Shown in pieces: positions 1 through 11,600 of a stretch of 64,000 nucleotides of DNA (positions within the stretch are counted from its first letter, which is position 1; each line of letters begins with the position of its first letter). Origin of the DNA: Aulosira sp. ZfuVER01 (GTDB lineage: Bacteria; Cyanobacteriota; Cyanobacteriia; Cyanobacteriales; Nostocaceae); assembly GCA_034530615.2 (NCBI GenBank), contig JAVRCV020000056.1, positions 1 through 64,000 of the forward strand, written 5' to 3'. The position numbers were made by a program, and so were the translations under genes. The notes under the pieces are model-generated. The model had not been told where the DNA came from, did not search any database, and worked only from the letters and a program-made list of their open reading frames with translations.

Positions 1-69
1 TTACTCTGCAAGACTTAATTCCTGATTACTAGTTAAAAATCAGCGAACGCACAGAAATAAGTAATAATC

Positions 70-104
70 AATGCCCAATGCCCAATGCCCAATGCCCCAT
101 GCCC
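70..104. repeat. Heptamer short tandem repeat (AATGCCC x5, STRR type)
   Basis: aatgccc aatgccc aatgccc aatgccc catgccc read directly; typical of Nostocales intergenic regions. Confidence 0.9.
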
Positions 105-499
105 AAAACATGAGTATTCACACTGAGGTCAAACCACTAATATATGTTAATAACTTTTATGACAATCCCGTAGATTTTCATTTGCTTTGGTTGTAAATTA
201 ACCAAAGTGCTGTTTAATTCGATGTCCGGGCTGTTAATACTTGAGTTTACTGGCTCGAAGTAATTACAAGTTTCCCCCCAGATGCTACTAATCGCGTCTT
301 CATAATTGACCACTTATTCCGTGATGCTACAGAGCCAGCAGATTTATCTGTAGAGTCATTCTAAAATCCAAAATCCAAAATTCAGAATGCTTGCACAGTC
401 TCAAACATCAAGGAAGAGAAATCTCAAGCTACTAAATACACTTAGCTAACTACCAAATTCTCATCTGGTTTTCAGCCATCTCTTGATGAGGAGCTTTTC

Positions 500-970
500 A
501 TGACCCAAACCAATGAACGTTGGGGAACAGATTTGCATTTACTACGCAACTTAGAGCAGCAAAACGATCGCGATCGCAGTCACGATTTATTAATAAAGGT
601 GCGACAACAAACTCAGCAAGTAGATCTAGACTTACTCAGTGGTGCAGAAAATCTTATCCAAGCGCTACTGCTACGTTTCCTCACTCCTGTAGGCGAACTA
701 GCGCTTTTAGGACACCCTGATTATGGTTCAAGGCTGTTTGAGTTACTGGGCGAACGAAATACTGAAACTAACCGCAACCGTGCCAAGTTATTTGTCTTGC
801 AAGCATTGGCTCAGGAACCACGTGTGAAACAAGTGATATCGGTGAAAGTAACTCAAAATCGTTCCCGTCCTACACAGATGGATATTCAGGTGTCACTGAT
901 ACCGATAGATAGCGATACTGCACTAAATTTAGTTTTTCCCTTCTTTTTGGAAGGAGGTGTTAGTCCTTGA
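500..970 (+). CDS. GPW/gp25-family baseplate wedge protein (contractile injection system / phage tail)
   Basis: 156 aa; NLIQALLLRFLTPVGEL..HPDYGSRLFELLG and ALAQEPRVKQV motifs of gp25 family; RBS GAGGAG upstream. Confidence 0.85.
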   Translation: MTQTNERWGTDLHLLRNLEQQNDRDRSHDLLIKVRQQTQQVDLDLLSGAENLIQALLLRFLTPVGELALLGHPDYGSRLFELLGERNTETNRNRAKLFVLQALAQEPRVKQVISVKVTQNRSRPTQMDIQVSLIPIDSDTALNLVFPFFLEGGVSP

Positions 971-2571
971 ATTCTGAAACGACAACTTTAATAGATCGTC
1001 CTTACCAAGAAATTGTTGATGATATTCTCACAGCAATTGTTGGTGGGGTGGTGAATGAACCAATTATCTTTGATATCAAAACAGACCTTTATAAGTTGGC
1101 AGAACCAGCTAGAGAAATACGTGGTATTACTGGAACTATTAGAAATAAAGATACTGATATACAAGAACGTCACGCTTTCCAAAAACAAGTAGATTTTGTA
1201 TTTAGCGATCGCGATAATGCTGTCATCTGGCAAGAAGGCGGCACTTGGCCGGATGATGACACTAAGTTTTATGTGGATTACTTCCGCAAAGAAAGTCGTT
1301 CACCACTGACAGATATTAATGTTGGCAGTGTTACCCGCACTCTGGGTGAAGCTATCTCCCGTGAAATTGCTACGGTTTATCAACAAATTAATCTGGCATA
1401 TCTGGCTGGCTTCATCGATACCGCCGAAGGCAAATCTTTAGATTTGGTAGTCGCTATATTGGGGGTGATTCGCAAGACTAAAGATTATGCTCTGGGTTTG
1501 ATCACATTTTTCCGCGATACGGCAATTGAAGGTAATATCACGATTCCCGAAGGTACGCAGGTGAGTACGAGCAAAGGTGATGCAACTTTTGTCACAACTG
1601 AATTGCGGACTTTACAACGCGGTCAGGTACGAATTGATATCCCAGCCCAAGCAAGTGAAGCTTCTAAAGGTAATGTCGGGATTGTCAAAGCTGGAGACAT
1701 TACGACATTAGCCCAGCCAATCGCCGGCATATCGAAAATCACTAACTTTGATGCCACAATTTTAGGGGCTGAAGATGAGACTGACCAAGCCTTGCGCGAT
1801 CGCGCTAAAGCAGTGCTGCGAGGTTTGGGTAAAGCGACATTAGCAGCTTTGGCTCAAGTTATTTTTGAAGGACGAGCCACCTTAGCGGAAGTTTGGGACC
1901 CCAACAGCTCGATTGACAAACGCTCAGATCCAGGCAAAGTTGTCCTTTTGGTGGAAAGCGAACCAGAACGCTTTCCGAGTCTGCGCGGCGCAGTGGAAGG
2001 AACGCGCGCCGCCGGAGTAGAAACTACATTAGTAGCTCGTTATGTATTTTTCAAGCCGCGAATTGTTGCCGAAATTAACAAAGATATAACCGCACCAGGC
2101 AAAGTAAAAATAATTAATGAAATCATCGCCGCCTTGCAAGGATATGTTGATGGTTTAACTAGCAATCAGCCAGCTTTGGGTAAGGAAATGCTGAAGGCGA
2201 TTGAACAAGTAAAAGATGTCAAAAAAGACAAATTTAAAATTGTGGATGTGATGGCTTGGCGCACCGAATTAGGTGGTGGTGCAGATACCTTAGTCGAGGC
2301 GATTGTCGCAGCAATTCAGACAGCACCTCCCACAGGTGAAGAAGCAATGCGAAAAGCAATCGCAGACGTAGTTAAATCTGCATCTTCTTTAGTAGTACCA
2401 ACAGGCGATCGCATTCCAGATCGCAGCTTGGTACAAGGATTAACCGGACAACGAGCCACAGATACAGAAATTGAATCTGGAGAATTTCAGGTAGTTACTC
2501 CCACAGGCTCAGATAAGTGGTGGGTGGTACTAGATATGGAGCTAGCCGACATCATTCTCAAAGAAAGCTGA
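967..2571 (+). CDS. Baseplate J/gp47-like protein
   Basis: TTG start overlapping the gp25 stop with GGAGG RBS; NVGSVTRTLGEA, FIDTAEGKSLD, IPEGTQVST, GAEDETDQALRDR are baseplate-J hallmarks. Confidence 0.85.
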   Translation: MNSETTTLIDRPYQEIVDDILTAIVGGVVNEPIIFDIKTDLYKLAEPAREIRGITGTIRNKDTDIQERHAFQKQVDFVFSDRDNAVIWQEGGTWPDDDTKFYVDYFRKESRSPLTDINVGSVTRTLGEAISREIATVYQQINLAYLAGFIDTAEGKSLDLVVAILGVIRKTKDYALGLITFFRDTAIEGNITIPEGTQVSTSKGDATFVTTELRTLQRGQVRIDIPAQASEASKGNVGIVKAGDITTLAQPIAGISKITNFDATILGAEDETDQALRDRAKAVLRGLGKATLAALAQVIFEGRATLAEVWDPNSSIDKRSDPGKVVLLVESEPERFPSLRGAVEGTRAAGVETTLVARYVFFKPRIVAEINKDITAPGKVKIINEIIAALQGYVDGLTSNQPALGKEMLKAIEQVKDVKKDKFKIVDVMAWRTELGGGADTLVEAIVAAIQTAPPTGEEAMRKAIADVVKSASSLVVPTGDRIPDRSLVQGLTGQRATDTEIESGEFQVVTPTGSDKWWVVLDMELADIILKES

Positions 2572-2622
2572 TTTTTTCACACACTGCAAAAATGCTAAGA
2601 CCTTACTTGTGAATTGTTGAAT

Positions 2623-5600
2623 ATGCCTACCAAAACCGATCGCATTCTCAGCTATCTTCCCGGTACTTTCCAAGTTTTGCCTAGAGCCATAGTTTTATAT
2701 GCTGTGGCTGATGCTTTTGGCAAGGAATTGTTACAAGCTGAGAATAGCTTGGCAGAGGTGATGAGCGCTCACTGGGTAGATAAGGCAGATCGTGGTGCGG
2801 AAGTTATTAAAGACTTAGAACTTCTGGCGGCTCTCTACGGTTTGAAACCCCGTAAAGATGATGATGGGAATGTTTTAGAAACTGTTGAAGAATTTCGTAC
2901 TCATCTCAAGCGTTATGTTCGCACCTTCTTAGAGGGTACTGTCACTATCCAAGGAATTTTGCAGGTAACGGCTGAAGCATTGGGATTACAAATTGCAGAC
3001 GATTATCAAAATTTAGATAGTTGGTGGAATCGTCAGCCACAGGAATTAGTTACCTTTGCACCTCGTGAGGATGATGCTACGACATTAATTTTAGGGGTGA
3101 AGCAAGCTCAGGTAGTAGGTAGGGCGGCGCAGCCAGCGCAAATCAAAGGTAGTATCAAATTGAATTCGGGAGTGAATCTCCAAGATGCTAACAGGCTGCA
3201 AATCAAAGTAGACTCTCACAATCCCGTTACGATTGACTTAGTTGAAGGTGTGGCAGATCCAACCTCGGTAAGTTTAAATCACATCAAAGATAGAATTAAT
3301 GCCTCTTTAAATGCGATCGTAGCTAGTTCTGAAGATGGCTATTTGACTTTGACATCTCCAACCAAAGGAACAACGAGTCTTTTAGAAATTCAAGAAATCA
3401 CTAATGATGCAGCGCAAACTATCCTGGGGATATCTCCCCGAACTTACCGAGGTAGTGAAGCGACTGCGGCTCAAGTCACTGGAACAGTGGACTTAAATAG
3501 TGAAATCAGTTTGAGTCAGGAGCGATATCTGCGGTTGCTAATTGATGGCAGCAATCTAGCAGAAATTGACTTAACTGGAGGCAATTCCACCCCAATTACC
3601 TTAAATCAAATTCGGGATGCCATCAACAATTCCCTGACAATAAATGTCGCCAGCCACAACGATCGCTTTCTCACCCTGACTTCGCCCACAAGCGGTGCTA
3701 GCAGTAGTATTGTGTTTCAACAACCTGCGGCTCAAGATGCGAAAACAAAGTTGTTTGGTAATGTATTATCTTTCTACACTGGGCAAAATGCTCAACCTGC
3801 ATGCATAGTTGGTAAACGCGAACTGACACAAGGTGTAGATTTAAGCGATCGCGCTTCGATCAGATTACAAATTGATAACCAAGCCACAGTAACTATTAAT
3901 TGTGCAGGTGAAAATCCAGCTAATACCCAAGGTTTCGAGATTGTCACCAAAATTAATCAGGCTGTTGGGAGAGAAGTAGCCAGTTATAACGGTAAATTTG
4001 TGAGCTTAACTTCACCAACTGTCGGCGCGAATGTACAGATTGTCTTAGAAATAGCACCCACAGGTGACGCGAGTGAAGATATTTTTGGTATCGTCCCCCG
4101 AACTGTGCGAGGTGAAGCAGCCACAACAGCGCGAATAGTGGGTACACCTCAATTAGAAACTTTACCAGAATCCCAACCAGGCGTTGATTTACGGGCTGAA
4201 CATCGACTGCAAATTGCTGTAGATAGCAAAGCACCTGTGGAAATTAATTTGCGGTCGCACGCTGCAAATCTGCGCTTGGTAACTTTGGCAGAATTACAAA
4301 ATGCGATTAACGCCGTTTTGCCTAATGTGGTTAGCAATGACGGGACGCGCCTAATTTTCACTTCCCCGACAATTGGTAATGTTAGCAGTATTGCGATCGC
4401 ACCTTTAGAAAAAATCCTGCACCGTCGCCATGTCACCAGGGCGGCCATCCTTAACGAAGCAACCCAAGCTGTTTTTGGCTTCATTCATCGTCACGCCCAA
4501 GGTACGCCAGCAACCAAAGCTCAAGTTATTGGCGAACGTGACTTGAGTCGAGGAGTTGATTTGCAAACTCAACGCTTCCTCAGAATAAGTATTGATGGAC
4601 AACCACCTCAAGAAATAGACTTTGCCACTAATCCACGTATCGCCCGCCCCCGTGCAGCAACGCTTCCAGAAATTATCGCGGCGATTAACGAGAAACTAGG
4701 CACAGAAGTTGCTTCAGATAACGGTAAACAACTAATCTTAACCTCAGCCAACAAAATCGAATTTTTCCCACCGCAAGGAGCCGATGCGCGATCGCTATTA
4801 CTTGGTGTAGAACCAGGAACATTTCGCGGCCAAGATGCCACCCGCATTACCTTTATTGGTACTGTTGACCTGAGTAATGGCATCAATTTAGCAGCCAATG
4901 CCAAGATTAAGCTGGCACTCGATGGCGGAACAGCCGCAGAAATTACCATTGGTGAGGCTGAAGCTGGGACAAAATCGCTTTCAGAGATTGTCAGTAAGAT
5001 AAATCAAAGTTTAGGTAAGGTATTCGCCAGCCATGATGGCAAACATCTAATCCTCACATCTGAAAAACAGGGAGATGTGAGTCGAATTGAGTTTGCATCT
5101 CCCACTGATAACGATGCTACCAATGCAATTTTTGGCATTACTCCACCACGCAGCTATCAAGGTATAAATGCTATACCTGCACAAATTATTGGTACTACAG
5201 ATTTAAGCCCAGGTGTTGATTTACGAGTGGCGCGGTTCTTAAAACTGACAATAGAAGGAAAAACCGTAGAAATAGACTGTGCTGCGGGAATTGCCAACCC
5301 AGCTAACGTCAGAATAGACGATATTGTGAGACTAATTAATAATGCGATCGCTCCTGCAACTGCCACACACGACAACACACACTTAATTATTACTACCTCT
5401 ACTACAGGTACAGCCAGCCGCATTGACCTACTATCCTACACTCAAGGCGATGCCCGCGATATCCTCATTGGGAATGTGCCTGATGTGACTAATGGTAGCC
5501 CTCCTCTACCTGCCGCGATCGCAAGTGAAGTTGACTTACTCACACCTGTAAATTTAAGCGATCGCCAACTGATTCGCTTGAGTGTAGACGGCAATCGTCC

Positions 5601-7533
5601 GCTAGATATCAACATTAGCGGTGTTTTTCCAGAACAGACATTTTTAAGTGAGATTGTTGCCAAAATTAACGCCGTTGTACCTGGTTTAGCTTCAGCTAGT
5701 GAAAGCGATCGCCTGCAATTAACTTCGCCAACAGCCGGAGAGAACAGTCAGTTAACGGTGCTACCTCTGCGTTATTTAGAACTGATTGAGTATCCACCGG
5801 AAAAACAGCCAACAACAGCATATCTGTTGAAACATGGCGATCGCTTATCGGTAGTGCATCAAGGCAAAGAGGCAGAATTCGCCAAAATTACAATTACCGC
5901 CCTTGATGGTGTTGTCGGCCCAACCCTTGTTAACGAAGCTAGAGGATGGCAGATTCGTCTATTTACCGTGCTGAGTGTTAGGGACAAAGCTGAACTGTGG
6001 CGCGATCCTAACTTAGGAGTGCAAGTAAAAATTATTGAATCCTCTGGTACAACTCGCACTGTATCCGGTAGGGAAATTCTAGTAGGGCCAATTGGGGCAC
6101 AAACATGGATACCTTTTGCTGAAACAAAAAACTTGAGCAATGATAATATCCCCACATTGCAACTCAACAATCCTTTTGCACCCAACATCGTGCTGTTGCG
6201 GGCAGCTAATCGTCCAGGTATTATCGGCAACCAAATTACTGTCAGCGTTAGGGAGGCTGCGATACCAGCAGTTAGCGAACGATTGGGGGGCTTCATTGGT
6301 CAAATCCGTGTGGCAGAGGGAGCTTATCGTTTGTTGGGGCAAAATCAACAACTAATTGCCCAACTGCAACCAGGAGGTAATATAGATTTAGCAAGTTACG
6401 TCAACAGCATTGTTGTAATTAGAGGAATACAATCCCAAGATGAACCATTAATAATAGTTCAAGAAATTGCACATCTGTTCGACGTAACTTTGAGATTTCA
6501 ACCAGCAACAGGGCAATTAATCGAAGAAACATACAAAATTGTCACTATCGGCGTTAGTAGTAGCGATGAATATTCACTAGTCAGACAAATTAACATCTCT
6601 AATTCTGCCCAATTAGTCAAAGTAGAAGAACTTGATAAAGCCACAGTTTTAAGTATCTCTCCTGGTAAGTCTGAATGGGTTTATCTAGACTGCTACGGTA
6701 GCCGCTTCGATCGCGCAAACTTTAACAGCAGCTATTTCCCAGATGGCGTGTGTTGCGAACGTGGTGTCTTTAACATTAGCCGCTTTGTTTCTGAACCGCC
6801 AGATTTGGTGAACGCTGTGTTTACAGCATCAGATACCTTACCAGATCCAGGGGTTGAGGTTGTTTTTGATTGGGTAAGCCATCGTTCGGGTGCATTCATC
6901 GTCAATTTACCTGCCGATTTACAAGATGCGTTCGGTGGTAAGTTTAACGAAGCACGGTTTAGCCAAGGCAAAGATGAGCCAGAACTATACCCGCAAGCTG
7001 TTACTGAACCAGCTACCGATGCCTACTCTTTAGTCAAGCTGATTAATGAAGGTAATCCCAACCACGAAACCCCTATCTTGCCTTCAAACTTAGTCGCAGC
7101 CCAAGAAGTAGCTGTAGCGCCATTAGGTTGGCAACCAATAACAATTCCTTTCCGCAAGCCGCAGTTTCTAACTTTGGGACGAAATGTTTCCCCAGAAATT
7201 GCCGCCATAGATAGCCCAGGGAAAGACGGTTTTGCTCGGATTTACCTAGCTGAAGACGGGTTCAACAACTTGATTGAGTTGAAAGCCAAAGTATCAGGTG
7301 CTTGGGGTAACAAAATTGCTGTATCTGTGCGCAAAGCAGGCCCGGCAATGTATGACGTATCGATTATTTACAACGATAGCCGCTTTGAGAATGCGCGGGC
7401 AGTGGTATTAGGAGGTGAGGAACTACCAGCCCTAACAGCCGAGATTCTACAACCAGGAGCGATTGGTATTTTGCAAGCCAAAGCCGCTGGTGTGAAAGCA
7501 AAAGTGACACGCGATCGCTGCGGCGAAGAATGA
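2623..7533 (+). CDS. Giant baseplate-associated protein: wedge-like N-terminus plus eight ~110-aa repeats and sheath-like GxWGN motifs
   Basis: Follows baseplate J; ETVEEFRTHLKRYVRTFLEGTVTIQGI N-terminus; repeat consensus A.I.G..DL..GVDL....L.I.VDG.....I.....TL.EI...IN......VAS.DG..L.LTSPT.G..S.I. Confidence 0.7.
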   Translation: MPTKTDRILSYLPGTFQVLPRAIVLYAVADAFGKELLQAENSLAEVMSAHWVDKADRGAEVIKDLELLAALYGLKPRKDDDGNVLETVEEFRTHLKRYVRTFLEGTVTIQGILQVTAEALGLQIADDYQNLDSWWNRQPQELVTFAPREDDATTLILGVKQAQVVGRAAQPAQIKGSIKLNSGVNLQDANRLQIKVDSHNPVTIDLVEGVADPTSVSLNHIKDRINASLNAIVASSEDGYLTLTSPTKGTTSLLEIQEITNDAAQTILGISPRTYRGSEATAAQVTGTVDLNSEISLSQERYLRLLIDGSNLAEIDLTGGNSTPITLNQIRDAINNSLTINVASHNDRFLTLTSPTSGASSSIVFQQPAAQDAKTKLFGNVLSFYTGQNAQPACIVGKRELTQGVDLSDRASIRLQIDNQATVTINCAGENPANTQGFEIVTKINQAVGREVASYNGKFVSLTSPTVGANVQIVLEIAPTGDASEDIFGIVPRTVRGEAATTARIVGTPQLETLPESQPGVDLRAEHRLQIAVDSKAPVEINLRSHAANLRLVTLAELQNAINAVLPNVVSNDGTRLIFTSPTIGNVSSIAIAPLEKILHRRHVTRAAILNEATQAVFGFIHRHAQGTPATKAQVIGERDLSRGVDLQTQRFLRISIDGQPPQEIDFATNPRIARPRAATLPEIIAAINEKLGTEVASDNGKQLILTSANKIEFFPPQGADARSLLLGVEPGTFRGQDATRITFIGTVDLSNGINLAANAKIKLALDGGTAAEITIGEAEAGTKSLSEIVSKINQSLGKVFASHDGKHLILTSEKQGDVSRIEFASPTDNDATNAIFGITPPRSYQGINAIPAQIIGTTDLSPGVDLRVARFLKLTIEGKTVEIDCAAGIANPANVRIDDIVRLINNAIAPATATHDNTHLIITTSTTGTASRIDLLSYTQGDARDILIGNVPDVTNGSPPLPAAIASEVDLLTPVNLSDRQLIRLSVDGNRPLDINISGVFPEQTFLSEIVAKINAVVPGLASASESDRLQLTSPTAGENSQLTVLPLRYLELIEYPPEKQPTTAYLLKHGDRLSVVHQGKEAEFAKITITALDGVVGPTLVNEARGWQIRLFTVLSVRDKAELWRDPNLGVQVKIIESSGTTRTVSGREILVGPIGAQTWIPFAETKNLSNDNIPTLQLNNPFAPNIVLLRAANRPGIIGNQITVSVREAAIPAVSERLGGFIGQIRVAEGAYRLLGQNQQLIAQLQPGGNIDLASYVNSIVVIRGIQSQDEPLIIVQEIAHLFDVTLRFQPATGQLIEETYKIVTIGVSSSDEYSLVRQINISNSAQLVKVEELDKATVLSISPGKSEWVYLDCYGSRFDRANFNSSYFPDGVCCERGVFNISRFVSEPPDLVNAVFTASDTLPDPGVEVVFDWVSHRSGAFIVNLPADLQDAFGGKFNEARFSQGKDEPELYPQAVTEPATDAYSLVKLINEGNPNHETPILPSNLVAAQEVAVAPLGWQPITIPFRKPQFLTLGRNVSPEIAAIDSPGKDGFARIYLAEDGFNNLIELKAKVSGAWGNKIAVSVRKAGPAMYDVSIIYNDSRFENARAVVLGGEELPALTAEILQPGAIGILQAKAAGVKAKVTRDRCGEE

Positions 7534-7568
7534 AGAAATTAGTAAATAAATTACAGGAGAAATTTCCA

Positions 7569-8567
7569 ATGACAAATGAGTTAAATGTTTATGAAAAATA
7601 TGCTCCAGGTCAGTTGATTGATGCCAAGCGTATGAACGATATGCAGGCAAAAATTAAAGACGATATTACTAATCAAACTAAAAAAGCAATTGAGGAGATT
7701 AAAAGTGTGAAAAGTGCAGAAAATGCTACATTCTTAGGTGGTAAAAGCATCGGAGAATTAACACAAGATATTTTAAACGCAGTCTTCCAAGAACTGCCTA
7801 AAAAGACTGGTTATTTACAGTTGTATAAACAACTTAAACTCGATGAAGAAGAGGTAATTAAACATAATCTCAGAACTTTCCCACTAGTAGATATCTATCA
7901 GTTAGACTACTTTCGCGTAGTTATCTCTGAAGATGGCAACAAACCCTACGACGAATGGGTAAATTTCTATCTCTATCATTCCAGTGAGAAAAGAATTAGG
8001 CTAGAGAAAGCAAACGGCACAACAGAAAGTATCCCCATTGAACCGCCAACTGGGAATCCTTATAAAATTCCTTTTGCAGAATTGCTGGAAAGCTATAAAG
8101 TAAAATATACAGACAATTCCAGCTTAGGCGACTTAGAAACTGAATTTTGGAAAGCTTTATTTGCTGACCCTAACGATCGCTTTGACGATGACCAATACGG
8201 CCACTCTCCTTGGTGGGATCGCTGCTGTCGAGAAGAGAAAACCGTAGGCAATTTAAAAGATAAAGGCGATTGGGATGACATCTGGTTTCAAGTGCGACCG
8301 CGCAAGACAAGTAATTATACACAGCTAGCTATTCGTCCTCAAGAAGGTAATGCACCTATATCACCTACAGCTGCTCCCACCCAACTGGAAATAGTTCACT
8401 TTGACTTTGATACTCTTGGTATCAAATTAATAGGTGAAGCTACTTATCCAAATGTTCCCAACCCAGACGAAGCTAATAATCCGCCAATTAATTTAGTGGA
8501 TTACTTGAAAACCAAAGGTCGGGATATCAGTAAAGAACTAAAAGTTTTGCTGTTACTGAAAGTTTAA
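7569..8567 (+). CDS. Hypothetical tail-fibre/adaptor-like protein of the CIS operon
   Basis: ATG at 7569 with CAGGAG RBS (ORF track starts 7530); N-terminal PGQLIDAKRMNDMQ resembles fibre-anchor motifs; co-oriented in operon. Confidence 0.5.
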   Translation: MTNELNVYEKYAPGQLIDAKRMNDMQAKIKDDITNQTKKAIEEIKSVKSAENATFLGGKSIGELTQDILNAVFQELPKKTGYLQLYKQLKLDEEEVIKHNLRTFPLVDIYQLDYFRVVISEDGNKPYDEWVNFYLYHSSEKRIRLEKANGTTESIPIEPPTGNPYKIPFAELLESYKVKYTDNSSLGDLETEFWKALFADPNDRFDDDQYGHSPWWDRCCREEKTVGNLKDKGDWDDIWFQVRPRKTSNYTQLAIRPQEGNAPISPTAAPTQLEIVHFDFDTLGIKLIGEATYPNVPNPDEANNPPINLVDYLKTKGRDISKELKVLLLLKV

Positions 8568-8643
8568 TTATCAGGGATTGGGAATCGGCTAAAACCGAAC
8601 CAATCCCTAATCAGCTATCAAATTTAGGGCGGAGTGAGTTGAG

Positions 8644-11600
8644 ATGAAAATTCGCACCAAATATCAGGGCGGTAACGATCCGTTTGAAGGCGATCGCATA
8701 TTATGGTTGCGGAGTCTGCCTATTGGTGCAAACATCACTGGGGCAACGGTGACGCTAATACCAGCAAATGCTCCCCAGTTTGAGGAAACTTTTACTTTCC
8801 CATCTAATGATGGAGGTATTACCAAGACTGTAACTCCTGTAAATTCTTCTAACTCTGCAATTAAGCCTGCGGTTGAGATAGACTTCCACGCACGCCGCAC
8901 TGTAACTAGTGTCGAAGGTTCGGGAGGAGTTACAACTTTACAGATAGATATGGGAGGTGCCTACACTGGAATAGCAGATGACGGCACTTTCTTAACACCA
9001 GACAAGACAGATTTCAAAGTTAATCTTTCCTCAACAACAGCACCACTACCCAGCCTAACGCTCAACAAATTTAAATTGACTGGGGACAGAACCAATTTAG
9101 ATATCACAAAAGTTACGATCCGTTCTGTTCCCACCAATGTCAGCGTCCGTTTGGGACAGTTACCGCCGGTTTGGACAAAGTTGGGCGAACTAGCAACTGC
9201 TGATACTTCACCTAACTTTGCGACAGTGTTCAATGCCTTTCTGGCTACGGCACAACAACAAGACGGCTTTTATCAGATTCCGTTGCTTGTACATTCTGAT
9301 ACCATCGCCAGGTTGGATGTTGAGTTAGTTGTCGAATATTTTATTGAGCAAAGGGTACTACCACCACACTTACCAGAAGTGAAATTAGCTTATGGCTTTA
9401 GTACACTTCCCAGTCTAGAAGATACTTTTACCACAGTAACACTGCCAAAAGAAGCGCAAGCGATCGCTGGACGTAGCAGTGCAAAAATCATTGGTGAGTT
9501 TAATCCTACACGTATCGCGCTTGGCCCCATTGGTGACGACCCTACCAGCGTACCCAGTAAAACTACTGAAATTAATATTCTTGTTTCCCCTACTCAACAA
9601 CTAGCGCAACCATTAAAATCTGACACAGAAATTGCTGTCACTGGCATAGATGTACCCTTAGGCAAAATTGAGCCAGGATTAGCTGGTTTGAATATCTCTA
9701 TCCAATCTGATGCTGACGGTAAGCCATCAGGAGAAGTTTTGGTAAGTGCAGAAGTGCGTGTAGACAAACCCCTACCCGATCAGTCAACTTGGGGTAGCGC
9801 CACACTACCAACACCATTCCGTGCAGAAGCCACAAAGCGTTATTGGTTGATTCTCCAAAGCCAAGTTGGCGAAGCTCATTGGCTGGGAACCCATGACACT
9901 ACAAAAGATACTACTGGGCATCCAGGGTTACAAAGTAGCCGCGATGGTGGGCTTTCTTGGCGAATCGCCACTGTGGAGAAAGCCCCATCGCCATTAAGGG
10001 CATTGTTCCGACTGCGTACCGTGCCGGAAAATTTCACTGTACCCGTGCAGTTACAAATCGGCAAAGGAGCAGATGCAGTCCGCCTGCGTCTAGATGATTT
10101 CGCTCCCCTCGGTCGTATAGAATTTAGCTTTGATTTTGCCAAGCCCTTAGGAGAGTACTTAAGCAAAGTAGACAAGAGCAGTAATCCTTGTGGCACAGGA
10201 GAGCTATTAGTCAACGGAGACTTCAACCAACCACCTCATGACGATGCCACACGCCGACTATTTGGCTTTGATACTGCTAGCGGAGATTCTATAACTGGGA
10301 CGGTAAATCTTAGCCGAGGTGTGAATTTAAGCAGAGAGCGGTTCATTACTTTAGCTGTTAACAATGACAAACCAATTTCTATTGACTGCGCTGGTGTCAA
10401 TCCAGCTAGGACAACTTTAGAAGAAATCGTCAATGCGATCAACAAAGCAACGAAAAGGCAAATCGCCAGTAGTGAGGATGTATTGTTCCTATCTGCTCCC
10501 TCTGAAGGCAGAGTTGAGTTACTTCCCTGGCGTCGGGCTGGAATCCCTCAAGGATGGGAGCAATCAACCAATACTCAAGAACAACTCTGGCGAATTAAAG
10601 TACCCACTGCTGCCGACACCCAAGAACGTGTAGTAGCGGCTCTTTACGCTAAAGGCACGAACCCAGTAGTATTGGCACAGCGAATACCAGCCACTAGTGA
10701 GTGTACCTACAAACTCCAGTTCTTTTTTGAGATTGAAGATTATCCTGCTGATATTGGTTTACCAGAGTTTGGCCGCAGAGAACAGTTTGCTCCTGCTCGT
10801 TGGGAAGTACATTGGTTAGATGCTACGGGGCAAATTATTCAAGAAGAACAAGAAGCGATCGCTAGTTATGTAGAATTTTCTGGGCAATTTGCGGTATCAT
10901 CCCGCAGGCCGAAAAGAGGCATAGTTGAATTACTGCTGACGGCTCCCCAAAACACCAAGCAGGTGGAAATTCGCTTCGTTCAACCGCCGCCTGGTTTACT
11001 GATTGTAGATAACGTTTCTCTCCAGCCCACATCTCAACGGCTCCGCAACAGCTTGTTTCAGCAATGGCAGCAAGAATCTCGCAATTCTCCCGTAAGATTA
11101 CCCGCAGGCTGGCAAAACTTGAGTGGTTGGGTTGACGAGCAAAGTACGCCAAAAAGAGGTGCTAAGTTGCGGGGTGATGGGCCAGATGACGCTGTGATAG
11201 TTCAAACAGCAGCAGTTGTGGCTGGAGAACGCTACGAGTTACAAGTTAATTCGCAGTTTTTATCTGCATCAAATAGCGATGAAACGCGATCGCTACAACA
11301 ACGTTCTCGCCTAGAACTGCATTGGCAAAATAACGGCTCTGTTGGGACGCCAGTAATTATACCCTTAGATGGACGAGACTTTCCTACACACACATGGGTA
11401 GGAATCGCTCCTGATGGTGCAACCTCAGCAGAAATTCGGATTGTCCATCCCAAAAATCAAGGCGACTTACTAATTGAGTCGGTGTCACTATCACAGGCTG
11501 GGTTGGTTTCCGTACCGCTGATTTTCTTGGCTGAAGCTCCCGGCGAACTCACAGTTTCCGACTGGCGCGTAGCTTACGATTTGCCGACACCACCAGCACC

